Source: an uncultured Planctomycetaceae bacterium (GTDB taxonomy: Bacteria; Planctomycetota; Phycisphaerae; Phycisphaerales; Zrk34). From it: 39,581 nt of DNA. Numbering within the stretch: the first letter of the stretch is position 1; every line of letters begins with the position of its first letter. This document shows, one piece after another, positions 1 through 8,683 of the stretch. The position numbers and the translations under genes are program-made. The stretch covers positions 9,569-49,149 of the forward strand of contig CAZQQP010000001.1 of the NCBI GenBank assembly GCA_964595475.1. Reading direction: 5' to 3'. The notes under the pieces were generated by a model. The model made no database searches and had not been told where the DNA came from. It worked only from the letters and a program-made list of their open reading frames with translations.

Positions 1-1133
1 AGCTGTCGCAGCAGAAGGAGACGTCCATCAACCTGCCGTTCATCACGGCGGACCAGAACGGCCCGAAGCACCTGCAGACGACCGTCACGCGGGCCAAGCT
101 GGAGTCGCTCATCAGCGACGTCATCGAGCGGCTCCGCAAGCCCTGCGAGCAGGCCATGCAGGACGCGGGCGTCTCCTCCAGCGACGTGAACCAGGTTGTT
201 CTCGTGGGCGGCTCCACGCGGATGCCTGCGGTGCAGCAGCTGGTGAAGGACCTCTTCGGCCGCGAGCCGAACAAGTCCATCAACCCCGACGAGGTGGTCG
301 CCATCGGCGCCGCCACGCTCGCGAGCGAGCTGGACAAGGGCAAGGAATCGGACATCCTCCTGCTCGACGTCACCCCGCTCTCGCTCGGGATCGAGACGCT
401 CGGCGGCGTGATGACCAAGCTGATCCCGCGGAACACGACGATCCCGACGTCGAAGAAGGAGACGTTCTCCACGGCCGCCGACAACCAGACCGAGGTCACG
501 GTCCACGTCCTCCAGGGCGAGCGCGAGTTCGCCAAGGACAACCGCTCGCTCGGCCAGTTCAACCTCACGGGCATCCCGCCGGCGCCGCGGGGGGTTCCGC
601 AGATCGAGGTGGAGTTCAACATCGACGCGAACGGCATCCTTCACGTCTCCGCTCAGGACAAGGGAACCGGGAAGAGCCAGAGCATCGAGATCCAGGGCTC
701 CTCGGGCCTCTCGGAGGACGAGATCGAGCGGATGCGGAAGGACGCCGAGCAGCACGAGGAGGAGGACCGAAAGCGTCGCGAGTTCGTCGAGGCACGGAAC
801 CAGGCGGACCAGCTCGTGGACCAGACACGGAAGTCGCTCCAGGAGCACGGCGACAAGGTCAGCCAGGACGTCCGCTCCCGCATCGAGTCCGCCATCGGCA
901 AGGTGGAGGAGCAGATGCAGGGCGAGGACAAGGAGGCCCTCGACCGAGCGGTCCAGGAGCTGCAGCAGGCGTCGATGGAGCTCGGAAAGGTCGCCTACGA
1001 GCAGGCGTCCCAGCAGGAGGGACAGCAGGAGGCGTCCGGCCAGGAGGCCGGCAACACCGGCGGCCAGTCCTCCGGTCAGCAGGGAGGCGGCGGCGACGAC
1101 GTCATCGACGCCGACTACGAGGTCAGGCAGTGA
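1..1133 (+). CDS. dnaK: Molecular chaperone DnaK (Hsp70), C-terminal ~375 aa; 5' end lies outside the window
   Basis: The frame is open from the window edge (frame of nt 3) to the stop at 1131-1133. The translation [24 protein letters not shown]...[40 protein letters not shown]...[28 protein letters not shown]...[23 protein letters not shown] is unmistakable Hsp70, with the usual Gly/Gln-rich tail. Confidence 0.95.
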   Translation, partial: LSQQKETSINLPFITADQNGPKHLQTTVTRAKLESLISDVIERLRKPCEQAMQDAGVSSSDVNQVVLVGGSTRMPAVQQLVKDLFGREPNKSINPDEVVAIGAATLASELDKGKESDILLLDVTPLSLGIETLGGVMTKLIPRNTTIPTSKKETFSTAADNQTEVTVHVLQGEREFAKDNRSLGQFNLTGIPPAPRGVPQIEVEFNIDANGILHVSAQDKGTGKSQSIEIQGSSGLSEDEIERMRKDAEQHEEEDRKRREFVEARNQADQLVDQTRKSLQEHGDKVSQDVRSRIESAIGKVEEQMQGEDKEALDRAVQELQQASMELGKVAYEQASQQEGQQEASGQEAGNTGGQSSGQQGGGGDDVIDADYEVRQ

Positions 1134-1160
1134 TCCGTACCAGCCAGCCCCGACGGAACA

Positions 1161-1189
1161 GGCCGGCCCTCGGGCCGGCCTTTTTTATT
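1161..1189 (+). terminator. Rho-independent terminator after dnaK
   Basis: GC hairpin GGCCGGCC-CTCG-GGCCGGCC (1161-1180) followed directly by TTTTTTATT (1181-1189), 28 nt after the dnaK stop. Confidence 0.8.
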
Positions 1190-1302
1190 GGGTCGGCCCG
1201 ACGAAGCTCGCCTCGACGGCGTTGGCGGCCGGAAAAGGAGCGTGCGGAACGCCGCCGGGCGGCGTGTGTGCCCAAGTGGTCGACGCCGGGGAGTTTGTCG
1301 AG

Positions 1303-1331
1303 TTGAAAGGACGAGCGCGGCGTGATAAGAA
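1303..1331 (+). promoter_or_regulatory. Candidate sigma70-like promoter for the b562-like gene
   Basis: TTGAAA (1303-1308), 17-nt spacer, TAAGAA (1326-1331) preceded by TG at 1323-1324 (extended -10-like). It lies about 45 nt upstream of ATG 1377. Motif match only. Confidence 0.3.
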
Positions 1332-1376
1332 GGCGACGAGCCTCATCCGAGGAACGCTTACTGAAAGGATCGAGAC

Positions 1377-1832
1377 ATGGCGCTGTCCACGGTTCCATCC
1401 GTCCGCTGGTGGCTGCTCGCCGCGACCGTCGCGGTCGTCGGCACCGTCGGGGTGACCCAGTTCAGCTCGGCCGCGAAGGAGAAGTCTGAGCTCCGTAAGC
1501 ACATGAGCAAGGTCAGCGACGGCTACAAGCGGCTTCGCCGCTCCGCGAGGCGGGGGCGGTTCACGATGAAGTCGGTGCAGCGGCTGGTGAAGATGCAGAA
1601 GCACGCTCTGGCGGCGAAGCAGCTGACGCCGTCCAAGGTGAAGGAGCTGCCGACCGCGCAGAAGCGGAAGTTCCTGATCAAGTTCCGGAAGATGATGGCG
1701 GATACCATCCACACGATGATGCAGGCGGAGATCGCCATCCTCGAGCAGAAAACGGAAAAGGCCAAGAAGCTCGTCCAGAAGCTCGTCGAGCAGAAGGACA
1801 AGGGCCACAAGGCCTTCGACGTCGATGAGTGA
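1377..1832 (+). CDS. Exported cytochrome b562-like four-helix-bundle protein (151 aa)
   Basis: ATG 1377 follows AAAGGA. There is an N-terminal hydrophobic signal/anchor (WWLLAATVAVVGTVGV). The mature part aligns by eye with E. coli cytochrome b562. LRKHMSKVSDGYKRL matches LEDNMETLNDNLKVI (Met ligand), LVKMQKHALAAKQLTPSKVKEL matches [21 protein letters not shown], and the C-terminal KDKGHKAF matches RNAYHQKYR (His ligand). The Met-to-His spacing is about 100 residues. Confidence 0.55.
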   Translation: MALSTVPSVRWWLLAATVAVVGTVGVTQFSSAAKEKSELRKHMSKVSDGYKRLRRSARRGRFTMKSVQRLVKMQKHALAAKQLTPSKVKELPTAQKRKFLIKFRKMMADTIHTMMQAEIAILEQKTEKAKKLVQKLVEQKDKGHKAFDVDE

Positions 1833-3138
1833 CGCACGCGGACGAGGCCGTCCGCGTCCGGCGGTCCGCCCCCCGTTGCACCCCGCTGGCGTGTGCACCC
1901 GGCGTCGGGGGACGGGCCACGCGGCCCTCGCGGCGGTGGCGGCCGTCTCGCTCGCGGGTGCGTCTCCGGCGGAGGGTGGGGACTGGCCGCAGGTCCTCGG
2001 TCCCGACCGGGACGGGTCGGTTCCCACCCGCGGGCTCTCGTTCGGTTGGGAGGGCCGCCCCGAGATCATCTGGTCCAAGAAAGTGGGAGAGGGTTGGGCC
2101 GGACCCGCGATCGTCGGCAAGCGGCTGATCCTCTTCCACCGCGCGGACGATCGAGAGCGGGTGGAAGCGCTCGCCGCGGACACGGGGGAGACCCTCTGGG
2201 CCTACGCGTATCCCACCGACTTCGTCGCGAAGCTCAGCTCCGACGAGGGACCGCGCGCCACGCCGACCGTCGCGGACGGCCGCGTGTACACCTACGGCGC
2301 CGCGGGGATGCTCCACTGTCTCACGCTGAAGACGGGTGAGGTACAGTGGCGGGTGGACACGCGGGAGACCTTCGGCTCTCGCCGGGGCTTTTTCGGCCGG
2401 GCGGTCTCCCCGCTGGTGGTGGGGAAGAGGGTCGTCGTCCCCGTCGGGGGGCCGGAGGCGGGGATCGTGGCCTTCTCGACGGATAACGGGGACGTCCTCT
2501 GGCGGGCGACGAAGCAGAAGGCCGCTTACGCCTCGCCCGTCTCGGCGACGCTCGGTGGCGAGCGGCAGGTCCTGGTGGTGATGCGGCAGGCGTTCTTCGG
2601 GATCGACCCGAAGGACGGCTCCATCCGCTTCCGTTATCCGTGGCGCACGCCGGTTCGCGCCTCCGTCCGGGCGGCGGTTCCGGTTGTGGTCGGCCGTCGC
2701 GTCTTTCTGTCGGCTTGCTACCGGACGGGTGCCGAGCTCGTGGAGTGGCGGGACGGCGAGCTGAAGAAGGTCTGGGGCTCCAGCGACCGGCTGTCGAACC
2801 ACTACGCGACAAGCATTCACCACGCGGGCTATCTCTACGGCTTCCACGGCCGGCAAGAGTACGGCCCCGAGCTCCGCTGCATCCGGCTGAAGACGGGTGC
2901 GGTCCAGTGGTCGCGGAAGGACCTCGGCGCGGGCAACCTGCTCCGCGTGGGGAATCGCCTGGTGATCCTGACCGAGCGAGGCGAGCTCCTCGTCGCGCCG
3001 GCCGATCCCGACGGCTTCGAACCGGCGAAGCGAGCCCAGCTCCTCGGCAAGCCCCTCCGCGCCTACCCCGCGATCGCCCGGGGCCACCTCTACGCCCGCG
3101 ACTCCCGGAAGCTCATCTGCGTGGAGCTGGATCCCTGA
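1825..3138 (+). CDS. PQQ-like / BamB-like beta-propeller repeat protein, exported
   Basis: ATG 1825 overlaps the previous stop by 8 nt. An alternative in-frame GTG at 1891 sits directly before the RRRGTGHAALAAVAAVSLAGA signal. Repeated blade motifs (DTGETLWAY, KTGEVQWRV, DNGDVLWRA, KDGSIRFRY, KTGAVQWSR, ARGHLYARD) are typical of PQQ-like propellers. Confidence 0.85.
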   Translation: MSDARGRGRPRPAVRPPLHPAGVCTRRRGTGHAALAAVAAVSLAGASPAEGGDWPQVLGPDRDGSVPTRGLSFGWEGRPEIIWSKKVGEGWAGPAIVGKRLILFHRADDRERVEALAADTGETLWAYAYPTDFVAKLSSDEGPRATPTVADGRVYTYGAAGMLHCLTLKTGEVQWRVDTRETFGSRRGFFGRAVSPLVVGKRVVVPVGGPEAGIVAFSTDNGDVLWRATKQKAAYASPVSATLGGERQVLVVMRQAFFGIDPKDGSIRFRYPWRTPVRASVRAAVPVVVGRRVFLSACYRTGAELVEWRDGELKKVWGSSDRLSNHYATSIHHAGYLYGFHGRQEYGPELRCIRLKTGAVQWSRKDLGAGNLLRVGNRLVILTERGELLVAPADPDGFEPAKRAQLLGKPLRAYPAIARGHLYARDSRKLICVELDP

Positions 3139-3152
3139 CGCGATACCGGCTC

Positions 3153-3182
3153 TTTATACACCGCATCGCCTCTGCCTATAAG
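3153..3182 (+). promoter_or_regulatory. Candidate promoter for the cytochrome c peroxidase gene
   Basis: TTTATA (3153-3158), 18-nt spacer, TATAAG (3177-3182), in the 135-nt gap upstream of ATG 3274. Motif match only. Confidence 0.35.
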
Positions 3183-3273
3183 TGTCCGCGTCCGCGATTG
3201 GCTATCCTCCGGGCGGATTTAACGATTCCGAGAAGCAGTCTCCGAACCGAGCCGAGGAACGAGGAGGAAAACG

Positions 3274-4659
3274 ATGCGAAGCACGCTCACGCTCTTGCAC
3301 GCGACGCTCGTCGTGGGGGCCCTCGCGGCGTGTCAGAAGGAGAGCCCGCCGCAGGCGGAGAAGCAGGCCGCCAAGGGAGATGGGGCGGAGACGGCCGCTC
3401 CCGAGAAGCCGACGAGGCCCGGGAAGAAGGCCGAGAAGCAAGAGACCGCGGCGTCCTCCGAGACCGCGAAGGAAAAAGCCAAGAAGGCGGAGGAGGAAAG
3501 CGGCAAGCCCGCCGAGGCATCAAAGGAGGCGTCCGCCGAGGAGGTGGAGATCGACCCGGCCGCGCTCGCGGTGTTCGAGCCGCTTCCGAAGGTGGCGAAG
3601 TCTTCCGACAATCCGGTCACCGAGCCGAAGGTGAAGCTCGGCCGCATGCTCTACTACGACAAGCGGCTGTCCCGCGCCAACGAAGTCTCGTGCAACACCT
3701 GCCACCCGCTGAGCAAGTACGGCACCGACCACAAGCCCGTCTCCCGCGGCCATAAGGACCAGAAGGGCACCCGCAACGCGCCAACGGTGTACAACGCCGC
3801 GGGCCAGATCGCCCAGTTCTGGGACGGCCGGGCGGAGGACGTGGAGGAGCAGGCGATCAAGCCCCTGCTCAACCCGGTCGAGATGGGCATGCCGAGCAAG
3901 TCATACGTGGAGCGCGTCCTCAAGTCGATCCCCGAGTACGTGGATCTGTTCAAGAAGTCCTTCCCCAACGCGAACCCGCCGGTCACCTTCGTCAACGCGG
4001 GGCGGGCGATCGGCGCCTTCGAGCGGAAGCTGATGACCCCGGGCCGGTTCGACGCGTTCCTCCAGGGCGAGAAGGACGCCCTCACGCCCGCGGAGAAGAA
4101 GGGGCTGAAGACCTTCGCCTCCATCGGGTGCACCACCTGCCACTACGGCCCGCGGGTCGGCGGGACCACCTTCCAGAAGCTCGGCCTGGTGAAGCCGTGG
4201 CCGAACCAGGAGGACAAGGGTCGCTACGAAGTGACGGGGAAGGAGAGCGACAAGATGAAGTTCAAGGTGGCCATCCTCCGGAACGTCGCCAAGACCGGGC
4301 CGTACTTCCACGACGGCTCCGTAAAGAAGCTCGAGAAGGCCATTCGGATGATGGCCAAGCACCAGCTCGGGCGGGACCTCACGGACGACCAGGTGGCCTC
4401 GATCAAGACCTTCCTGGAGGCGCTGACCGGCAAGCTCCCCACCGACTACATCGAGAAGCCGGAGCTGCCACCGGTGGACGGCGAGCTGCCGGAGCCGAAG
4501 CAGACCCACCGCGGGGACCGGACGAGCTCGCCCCACGCGCTCGCGGCGGCCGGCGGACTGGGGGCGAGACCCTTCGCCGCCGGACTGGACCGGGCGCTGC
4601 GGCTTCCGTCGCTCACGGCACGGACCGCCCCGTGGTCTGGGGCTGCTCGATGGCGGTGA
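3274..4659 (+). CDS. Di-haem cytochrome c peroxidase (CCP/MauG family) lipoprotein
   Basis: ATG 3274 follows GGAGGA. The signal MRSTLTLLHATLVVGALAAC ends in an LAAC lipobox and is followed by a ~70-aa Lys/Glu/Ala-rich linker. Two haem c motifs, CNTCH and CTTCH, sit in CCP context (GTRNAPTVYNAAGQIAQFWDGRAEDVEEQAIKPLLNPVEMGM; GPYFHDGSV). The last ~50 codons are Arg/Ala-rich and overlap the convergent gene. Confidence 0.9.
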   Translation: MRSTLTLLHATLVVGALAACQKESPPQAEKQAAKGDGAETAAPEKPTRPGKKAEKQETAASSETAKEKAKKAEEESGKPAEASKEASAEEVEIDPAALAVFEPLPKVAKSSDNPVTEPKVKLGRMLYYDKRLSRANEVSCNTCHPLSKYGTDHKPVSRGHKDQKGTRNAPTVYNAAGQIAQFWDGRAEDVEEQAIKPLLNPVEMGMPSKSYVERVLKSIPEYVDLFKKSFPNANPPVTFVNAGRAIGAFERKLMTPGRFDAFLQGEKDALTPAEKKGLKTFASIGCTTCHYGPRVGGTTFQKLGLVKPWPNQEDKGRYEVTGKESDKMKFKVAILRNVAKTGPYFHDGSVKKLEKAIRMMAKHQLGRDLTDDQVASIKTFLEALTGKLPTDYIEKPELPPVDGELPEPKQTHRGDRTSSPHALAAAGGLGARPFAAGLDRALRLPSLTARTAPWSGAARWR

Positions 4660-5563
4660 TGAGCTGGCCGCCGCGGAAGATGCACACGCTTCCGGTCGAC
4701 TCGCTCACGGTGACCGCCACGGCGTTCGTCACGGCGGTGATCCCTGCCGCCGCGTGATGACGCGTGCCGAGGCCGGGGGGCAGGCGGTCGGCCTCGCCGG
4801 TGGTGTTCAGGTAGACGCCGCAGCTCTCGATCACGCCGTCGCCGCGGACAACGAAGGCGCCGTCGAGTTGGGAGAGCTCCTTCACCGTCTCCTCGAGCCG
4901 CGGATCGAGGATGTTCCGGTCCGCCTCGGAGTAGCCGCGGAAGGGGTTCAGGATGAGCTGACGGGAGAGGGAGAGGACCCGCCCCGTGTCGCCGATGACG
5001 AGGAGCGAGCCGACGGGCTTGCCCTCCCGCCCCTCGCTCGCGAGGACGGAGGCGAGGTTCATGGCGTGCTCGAGGACCTCCGGCTGGATGTCGCCGAGCC
5101 CCTCGGAGCCCTCGTCGTCGCTGCTGGGGGCGACGATCTCGAACTCGCGGCCGACCTCCGTGACGATCAGCGTGTCCAGCGTGCCGCTACCCGCGATGCC
5201 CGAGAGGCAGACCACCACGTCGCCCCGGCGGACCAGCCCGCGGGCGAGCGCCATGAAGATGGCGATCTTGACCTGACCCAGCCGGGTCAGCGGGACACCG
5301 GGCACGGGAAGGGCCACACGACCGCGGGCCGCCTGGTCCTGCTCCTCCGCGACGGTCTTCGTGACGTAGATGACCCGCTGGGCGAGATCCTCGGACAGCG
5401 GCAGCGCGTCCCCGTGGACCGCGTCCACGTAGACGAGGATCGCGTCGGCGCCGCACGTCTCCACGATGCTCCCGACGTGCCGGATGAGCCCCTGCGTGAT
5501 GCGCTGGCCGGCCCGTCGCCGGTCCATCCGGGATGTGTTCGCGCGACCGTTCCCCTGTGCCAT
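4613..5563 (-). CDS. Diadenylate cyclase, CdaZ/DacZ-like (pyruvate-kinase-C-like N-domain + DAC domain)
   Basis: Start chosen at ATG 5563, with GAAGGA about 10 nt upstream. The longer ORF to 5725 would run into the divergent gene. DAC (DisA_N) motifs are present: LLVIGD...LDGAFVVRGDG...GLGTRHHAAAGIT...VSESTGSVCIFRGG. The N-terminal half (ILVYVD...RVIYVT...GDVVVCLSGIAGSGTLDTLIVTEV) resembles the pyruvate kinase C-terminal domain. Confidence 0.8.
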   Translation of the reverse strand: MAQGNGRANTSRMDRRRAGQRITQGLIRHVGSIVETCGADAILVYVDAVHGDALPLSEDLAQRVIYVTKTVAEEQDQAARGRVALPVPGVPLTRLGQVKIAIFMALARGLVRRGDVVVCLSGIAGSGTLDTLIVTEVGREFEIVAPSSDDEGSEGLGDIQPEVLEHAMNLASVLASEGREGKPVGSLLVIGDTGRVLSLSRQLILNPFRGYSEADRNILDPRLEETVKELSQLDGAFVVRGDGVIESCGVYLNTTGEADRLPPGLGTRHHAAAGITAVTNAVAVTVSESTGSVCIFRGGQLITAIEQPQTTGRSVP

Positions 5564-5640
5564 GGCTGTTGCGTCCTTCGGAACCGCGATTGTCGGGCGG
5601 TCGGCTGTCCGAGCCGTCCGCAGAACCGCTCCGACAGGAT

Positions 5641-6489
5641 ATGATCGCCGTCCGTGAATGGCGGCGTGGCCCGACGCTTCAACCGGAGACGGCGGTGGCT
5701 GTGGACGACCACAATCGGCAGGCATGGGACGAGCGGGCGGAGCGGGGCACGCTGTTCACCCAACCCGTCTCGCCCGCGGAGGTGAAGGAGCCCTACAGCG
5801 TCCTCGACCCCGACGGGAGCGGGAGCTGGCTCGACGGCCGGGTGGACGGCCGCCGCGTGCTCTGTCTCGGCGCCGGCGGCGGTCGGCAGGGCGTCCTCTT
5901 CGCCGCGGCCGGCGCCGACGTCACGGTGGTGGACATCAGCCCGGCCCAGCTCGAGCGGGACCGGTCCGTGGCGAGCGCCTACGGCCTTTGCTTGCAAACC
6001 GTCCAAGCGTCGATCGACGACCTCTCCGTCTTCCCCGCGGGTGCGTTCGACCTCGTCGAGCAGCCCGTCAGCACCTGCTACGTGCCGAGCCTCGCGTCCG
6101 TCTACGCCCAGGTGGCGAGGGTCCTCCGCTCACGCGGGCTCTACATCTCCCAGCACAAGACGCCCACGAGCCTCCAAGCGACCATTCGGCCCGGGCGGAG
6201 CGGCCGGTACGAGCTCGTCGAGCCCTACTACCGCTCGGGCCCCCTCCCCTCGGTCCACGGGACGATCCTGCGGGAGCCGGAGACGCTGGAGTATCTCCAT
6301 CGGTGGGAGGAGATCGTGGGCGGCCTCTGCCGCTGCGGCTTCGTGGTGGAGAACCTGGTGGAGCCCCTTCACGCCCGTGGGGACGCGGATGCCGGAAGCG
6401 TGGGCCATCGCGCTCGCTACATCGCGCCCTACGTCCGCGTGAAGGCGAGGCGTACCGCGCCGGAGGGTCCACTCGTCGTCGCCGAGTGA
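5641..6489 (+). CDS. Class I SAM-dependent methyltransferase, substrate unknown
   Basis: ATG 5641. Motif I VLCLGAGGGRQGVLFAAAGADVTVVDIS, followed by FDLV...ARVLRSRGLYI. The ORF-track start at 5533 overlaps the divergent cyclase gene. Confidence 0.8.
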   Translation: MIAVREWRRGPTLQPETAVAVDDHNRQAWDERAERGTLFTQPVSPAEVKEPYSVLDPDGSGSWLDGRVDGRRVLCLGAGGGRQGVLFAAAGADVTVVDISPAQLERDRSVASAYGLCLQTVQASIDDLSVFPAGAFDLVEQPVSTCYVPSLASVYAQVARVLRSRGLYISQHKTPTSLQATIRPGRSGRYELVEPYYRSGPLPSVHGTILREPETLEYLHRWEEIVGGLCRCGFVVENLVEPLHARGDADAGSVGHRARYIAPYVRVKARRTAPEGPLVVAE

Positions 6490-6493
6490 CCGC

Positions 6494-7783
6494 TCACGAC
6501 TCCTCCATCTCCGCCGACAGCGCCTCGTACCGCCCCTTGAACTGGTTGAAGACGGCGAGCGTCCGCCGGGCGATGCCCGTCCACCCGAAGTGGCGCCGGG
6601 CGTAGCGAGCCCCCTCGATGGAGAGCCGCTCCGCGAGCTTGGGGTATCGCAGGGGCATCGCGAGCGCCGCGGCGAACTCCATCGGCTGGAGCGGGTCCGC
6701 GTAGAGCGCGTGCTCGCCGAAGCTGACCACCTCGTGGAGGCCGCCGTGACAAGTGAGCACGGTGGGCGTGCCGCACGCCATCGCCTCGATCGCGGTCATC
6801 CCGAACGGCTCGTAGCGGCTGGGCAGCGCGAAGACGCCGGCGGCCCGATAGTGGTCCGCCATCTCCTCGTCGGGGACGAAGCCCCGCCAATGGATGGCGT
6901 CCGCCACGCCAAGGTCCTCCGCGAGCTGCTTCCAGCTGTTCACCCGCTCCTGGTCCCGCTCCGTTCTGCCCCCGGGCGCGAGCTGCAACCGGGCGTCGGG
7001 AACGAGCTGGCGCAGGTGGGGCAGCGCCTGGATCAGCAGGTCGTATCCCTTGTTGGTCGCGGCCCGCCCCACGCAGAAGACATCCTTCGCCCCGATTCCG
7101 AGCCGCTGTCGGGCCTCCGTCACCTCCTCGGGCGGCTCCGGCAGATAGCGGTTCTCGTCCATCCCCGGCGGGATCATGGAGATGTGGTCCCGGGGCAGAT
7201 CGTATTGCTGCTCGAGCAGCTCCACTTGGTGGTTGGAGGTGGCGATGACGTGGTCGCAGTTGCGGTAGATCTGGAACTCCTTGGCGATCCGCTCGCGGAA
7301 GCGGTAGGTCCGCTCGAGCTCCGCCGTGTTCCCGCCCATGTCGTTCCGCTTCCACCACCCGAGGGAGTGGGGCGTGTGGATGTGGGGGATGTACAGCTCC
7401 TCGGCGATGCGCTGTCCCGCCCAGCCGGCGTCCCAGTAGTGGCTGTTGACCACGTCGTAATGGACGTTCTCGACCTTCTGGGCGGCGAGGAAGTTCGTGA
7501 CGAAGTCCCCGATGTGCTCGTGCATGTCCTCCTTGCGGATGAACTCGCGTCCGCCGAACGGAATGCGCCAGATTCGCAGGCCCGAGTTGATCACGTCCTC
7601 CTGCGGCTGGTCCTCGAACTGCCGGGTCACCACGTCCACGCGATAGCCGAGCCGCGAGAACCGCTTGGCCAGCTCGAGGACGAAGACCACCTGCCCGCCG
7701 GTGTCGGCCTTGCCCAGCTCCGGGGTGGCCGAGACATACCCGTGCAGCGAGATCATCAGGATGGAGCCGAAGTTATAGCTCAT
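6494..7783 (-). CDS. GT4 glycosyltransferase of the sucrose-phosphate synthase / mannosylfructose-phosphate synthase type
   Basis: ATG 7783 (MSYNFGSILMISLHGY...). The N-terminus is SPS-type (HGYVSATPELGKADTGGQVVFVLELAKRF). The C-terminal GT-B motif is FALPSRYEPFGMTAIEAMACGTPTV. Sugar specificity cannot be decided by eye. Confidence 0.85.
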   Translation of the reverse strand: MSYNFGSILMISLHGYVSATPELGKADTGGQVVFVLELAKRFSRLGYRVDVVTRQFEDQPQEDVINSGLRIWRIPFGGREFIRKEDMHEHIGDFVTNFLAAQKVENVHYDVVNSHYWDAGWAGQRIAEELYIPHIHTPHSLGWWKRNDMGGNTAELERTYRFRERIAKEFQIYRNCDHVIATSNHQVELLEQQYDLPRDHISMIPPGMDENRYLPEPPEEVTEARQRLGIGAKDVFCVGRAATNKGYDLLIQALPHLRQLVPDARLQLAPGGRTERDQERVNSWKQLAEDLGVADAIHWRGFVPDEEMADHYRAAGVFALPSRYEPFGMTAIEAMACGTPTVLTCHGGLHEVVSFGEHALYADPLQPMEFAAALAMPLRYPKLAERLSIEGARYARRHFGWTGIARRTLAVFNQFKGRYEALSAEMEES

Positions 7784-8526
7784 CGTGCCCCCTTGATCGG
7801 AACGCCGAACCCTTCGAGTCCCTCCAAGACACCGCGAGCCCGTGGCTCGGTCGCGAACCAGACCTTCCGCCGGTCCACGCGCTCCCGCAGCTCCGCCCGC
7901 GCGTTGCCGACCACGACACCCTTCTCCGCGACCTCGAACATGGCGAGATCGTTCGCCGAGTCTCCGGCGACCACCACCCGGTCGCGTCCGACGCCGAGGG
8001 CGTCCGCGAGAAAGAGGGTCGCCTCGCCCTTCCCCGCTCCGTCCGGGATCACGTCGAAGTCGCTCTCGCCCGAGGCGATCATATGCACCGGCAGCTCGGT
8101 CGCCCGAACCGCCGCGGCAGCCCGCTCCCGCTCCGCCGCTGGCACCGTGAAGCTCGCCTTCCGCGGGGTCTGCATCTCCGGCGCGTGCGGCTCGACCCCG
8201 AGCTCCGCCATGGCCCGGTCGATCGGGGTGCGGTCCCACCCCGCGAACCGTCGCGTCCACTCCGGCAGCTCCTCCCCGTCGACGTGGATCTCCGTCCCCA
8301 TGGCCGTGATCGTGGCCCTCGGCCTCAGTGGCACGGAGAGCTGCTCGAGGGTCTGTCGCACGCTGCCGATCGGCCGGCTCGAGTTCAGCGCCACCGTCAG
8401 CTCCGGCGTCGCGTCCGCGGCCCGGACGAACGTCGCCAGCGCCTCGTCATCCCCGACGAGCGTGTCGTCGATGTCGCTGACGAGGAGCCAACCGACAGTC
8501 GCGGTGCGCGCTGCTCCCACCGGCAT
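7780..8526 (-). CDS. HAD-IIB sucrose-phosphate phosphatase-like hydrolase
   Basis: ATG 8526. Its TGA overlaps the synthase ATG (ATGA at 7780-7783). HAD motif I is LLVSDIDDTL, with LNSSRP and VVAGDSANDLAMF also present. Confidence 0.8.
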   Translation of the reverse strand: MPVGAARTATVGWLLVSDIDDTLVGDDEALATFVRAADATPELTVALNSSRPIGSVRQTLEQLSVPLRPRATITAMGTEIHVDGEELPEWTRRFAGWDRTPIDRAMAELGVEPHAPEMQTPRKASFTVPAAERERAAAAVRATELPVHMIASGESDFDVIPDGAGKGEATLFLADALGVGRDRVVVAGDSANDLAMFEVAEKGVVVGNARAELRERVDRRKVWFATEPRARGVLEGLEGFGVPIKGAR

Positions 8527-8683
8527 CGCGGCCTCGCGGAGCTCGGGCGCAGGGCGTCAAGTATATGGTAGGAGGGAGCGCCACGCCGCACGACACCGCG
8601 CGGCGCACTGCCGCGAGGCGGCGGGCGACGTGAGCCGATGTCCTCTGAGCGCCCGTTGGTGATCCGCCGTGGTCCCGTCGCCG

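Noticed and set aside
5564-5725. Upstream extension of the cyclase ORF. Similar N-terminal ORF extensions occur for the synthase (7784-8260), MFS transporter (10490-10828), azurin (11595-11717), GT2 (26928-27071), hisB (28964-29722), hisC (30160-30657), hisD (31506-31562) and lpxA (36317-36433).
   Set aside because: Each extension overlaps a neighbouring gene or promoter region and has non-protein-like composition. Each is followed by an internal start with an SD and the expected family N-terminus.
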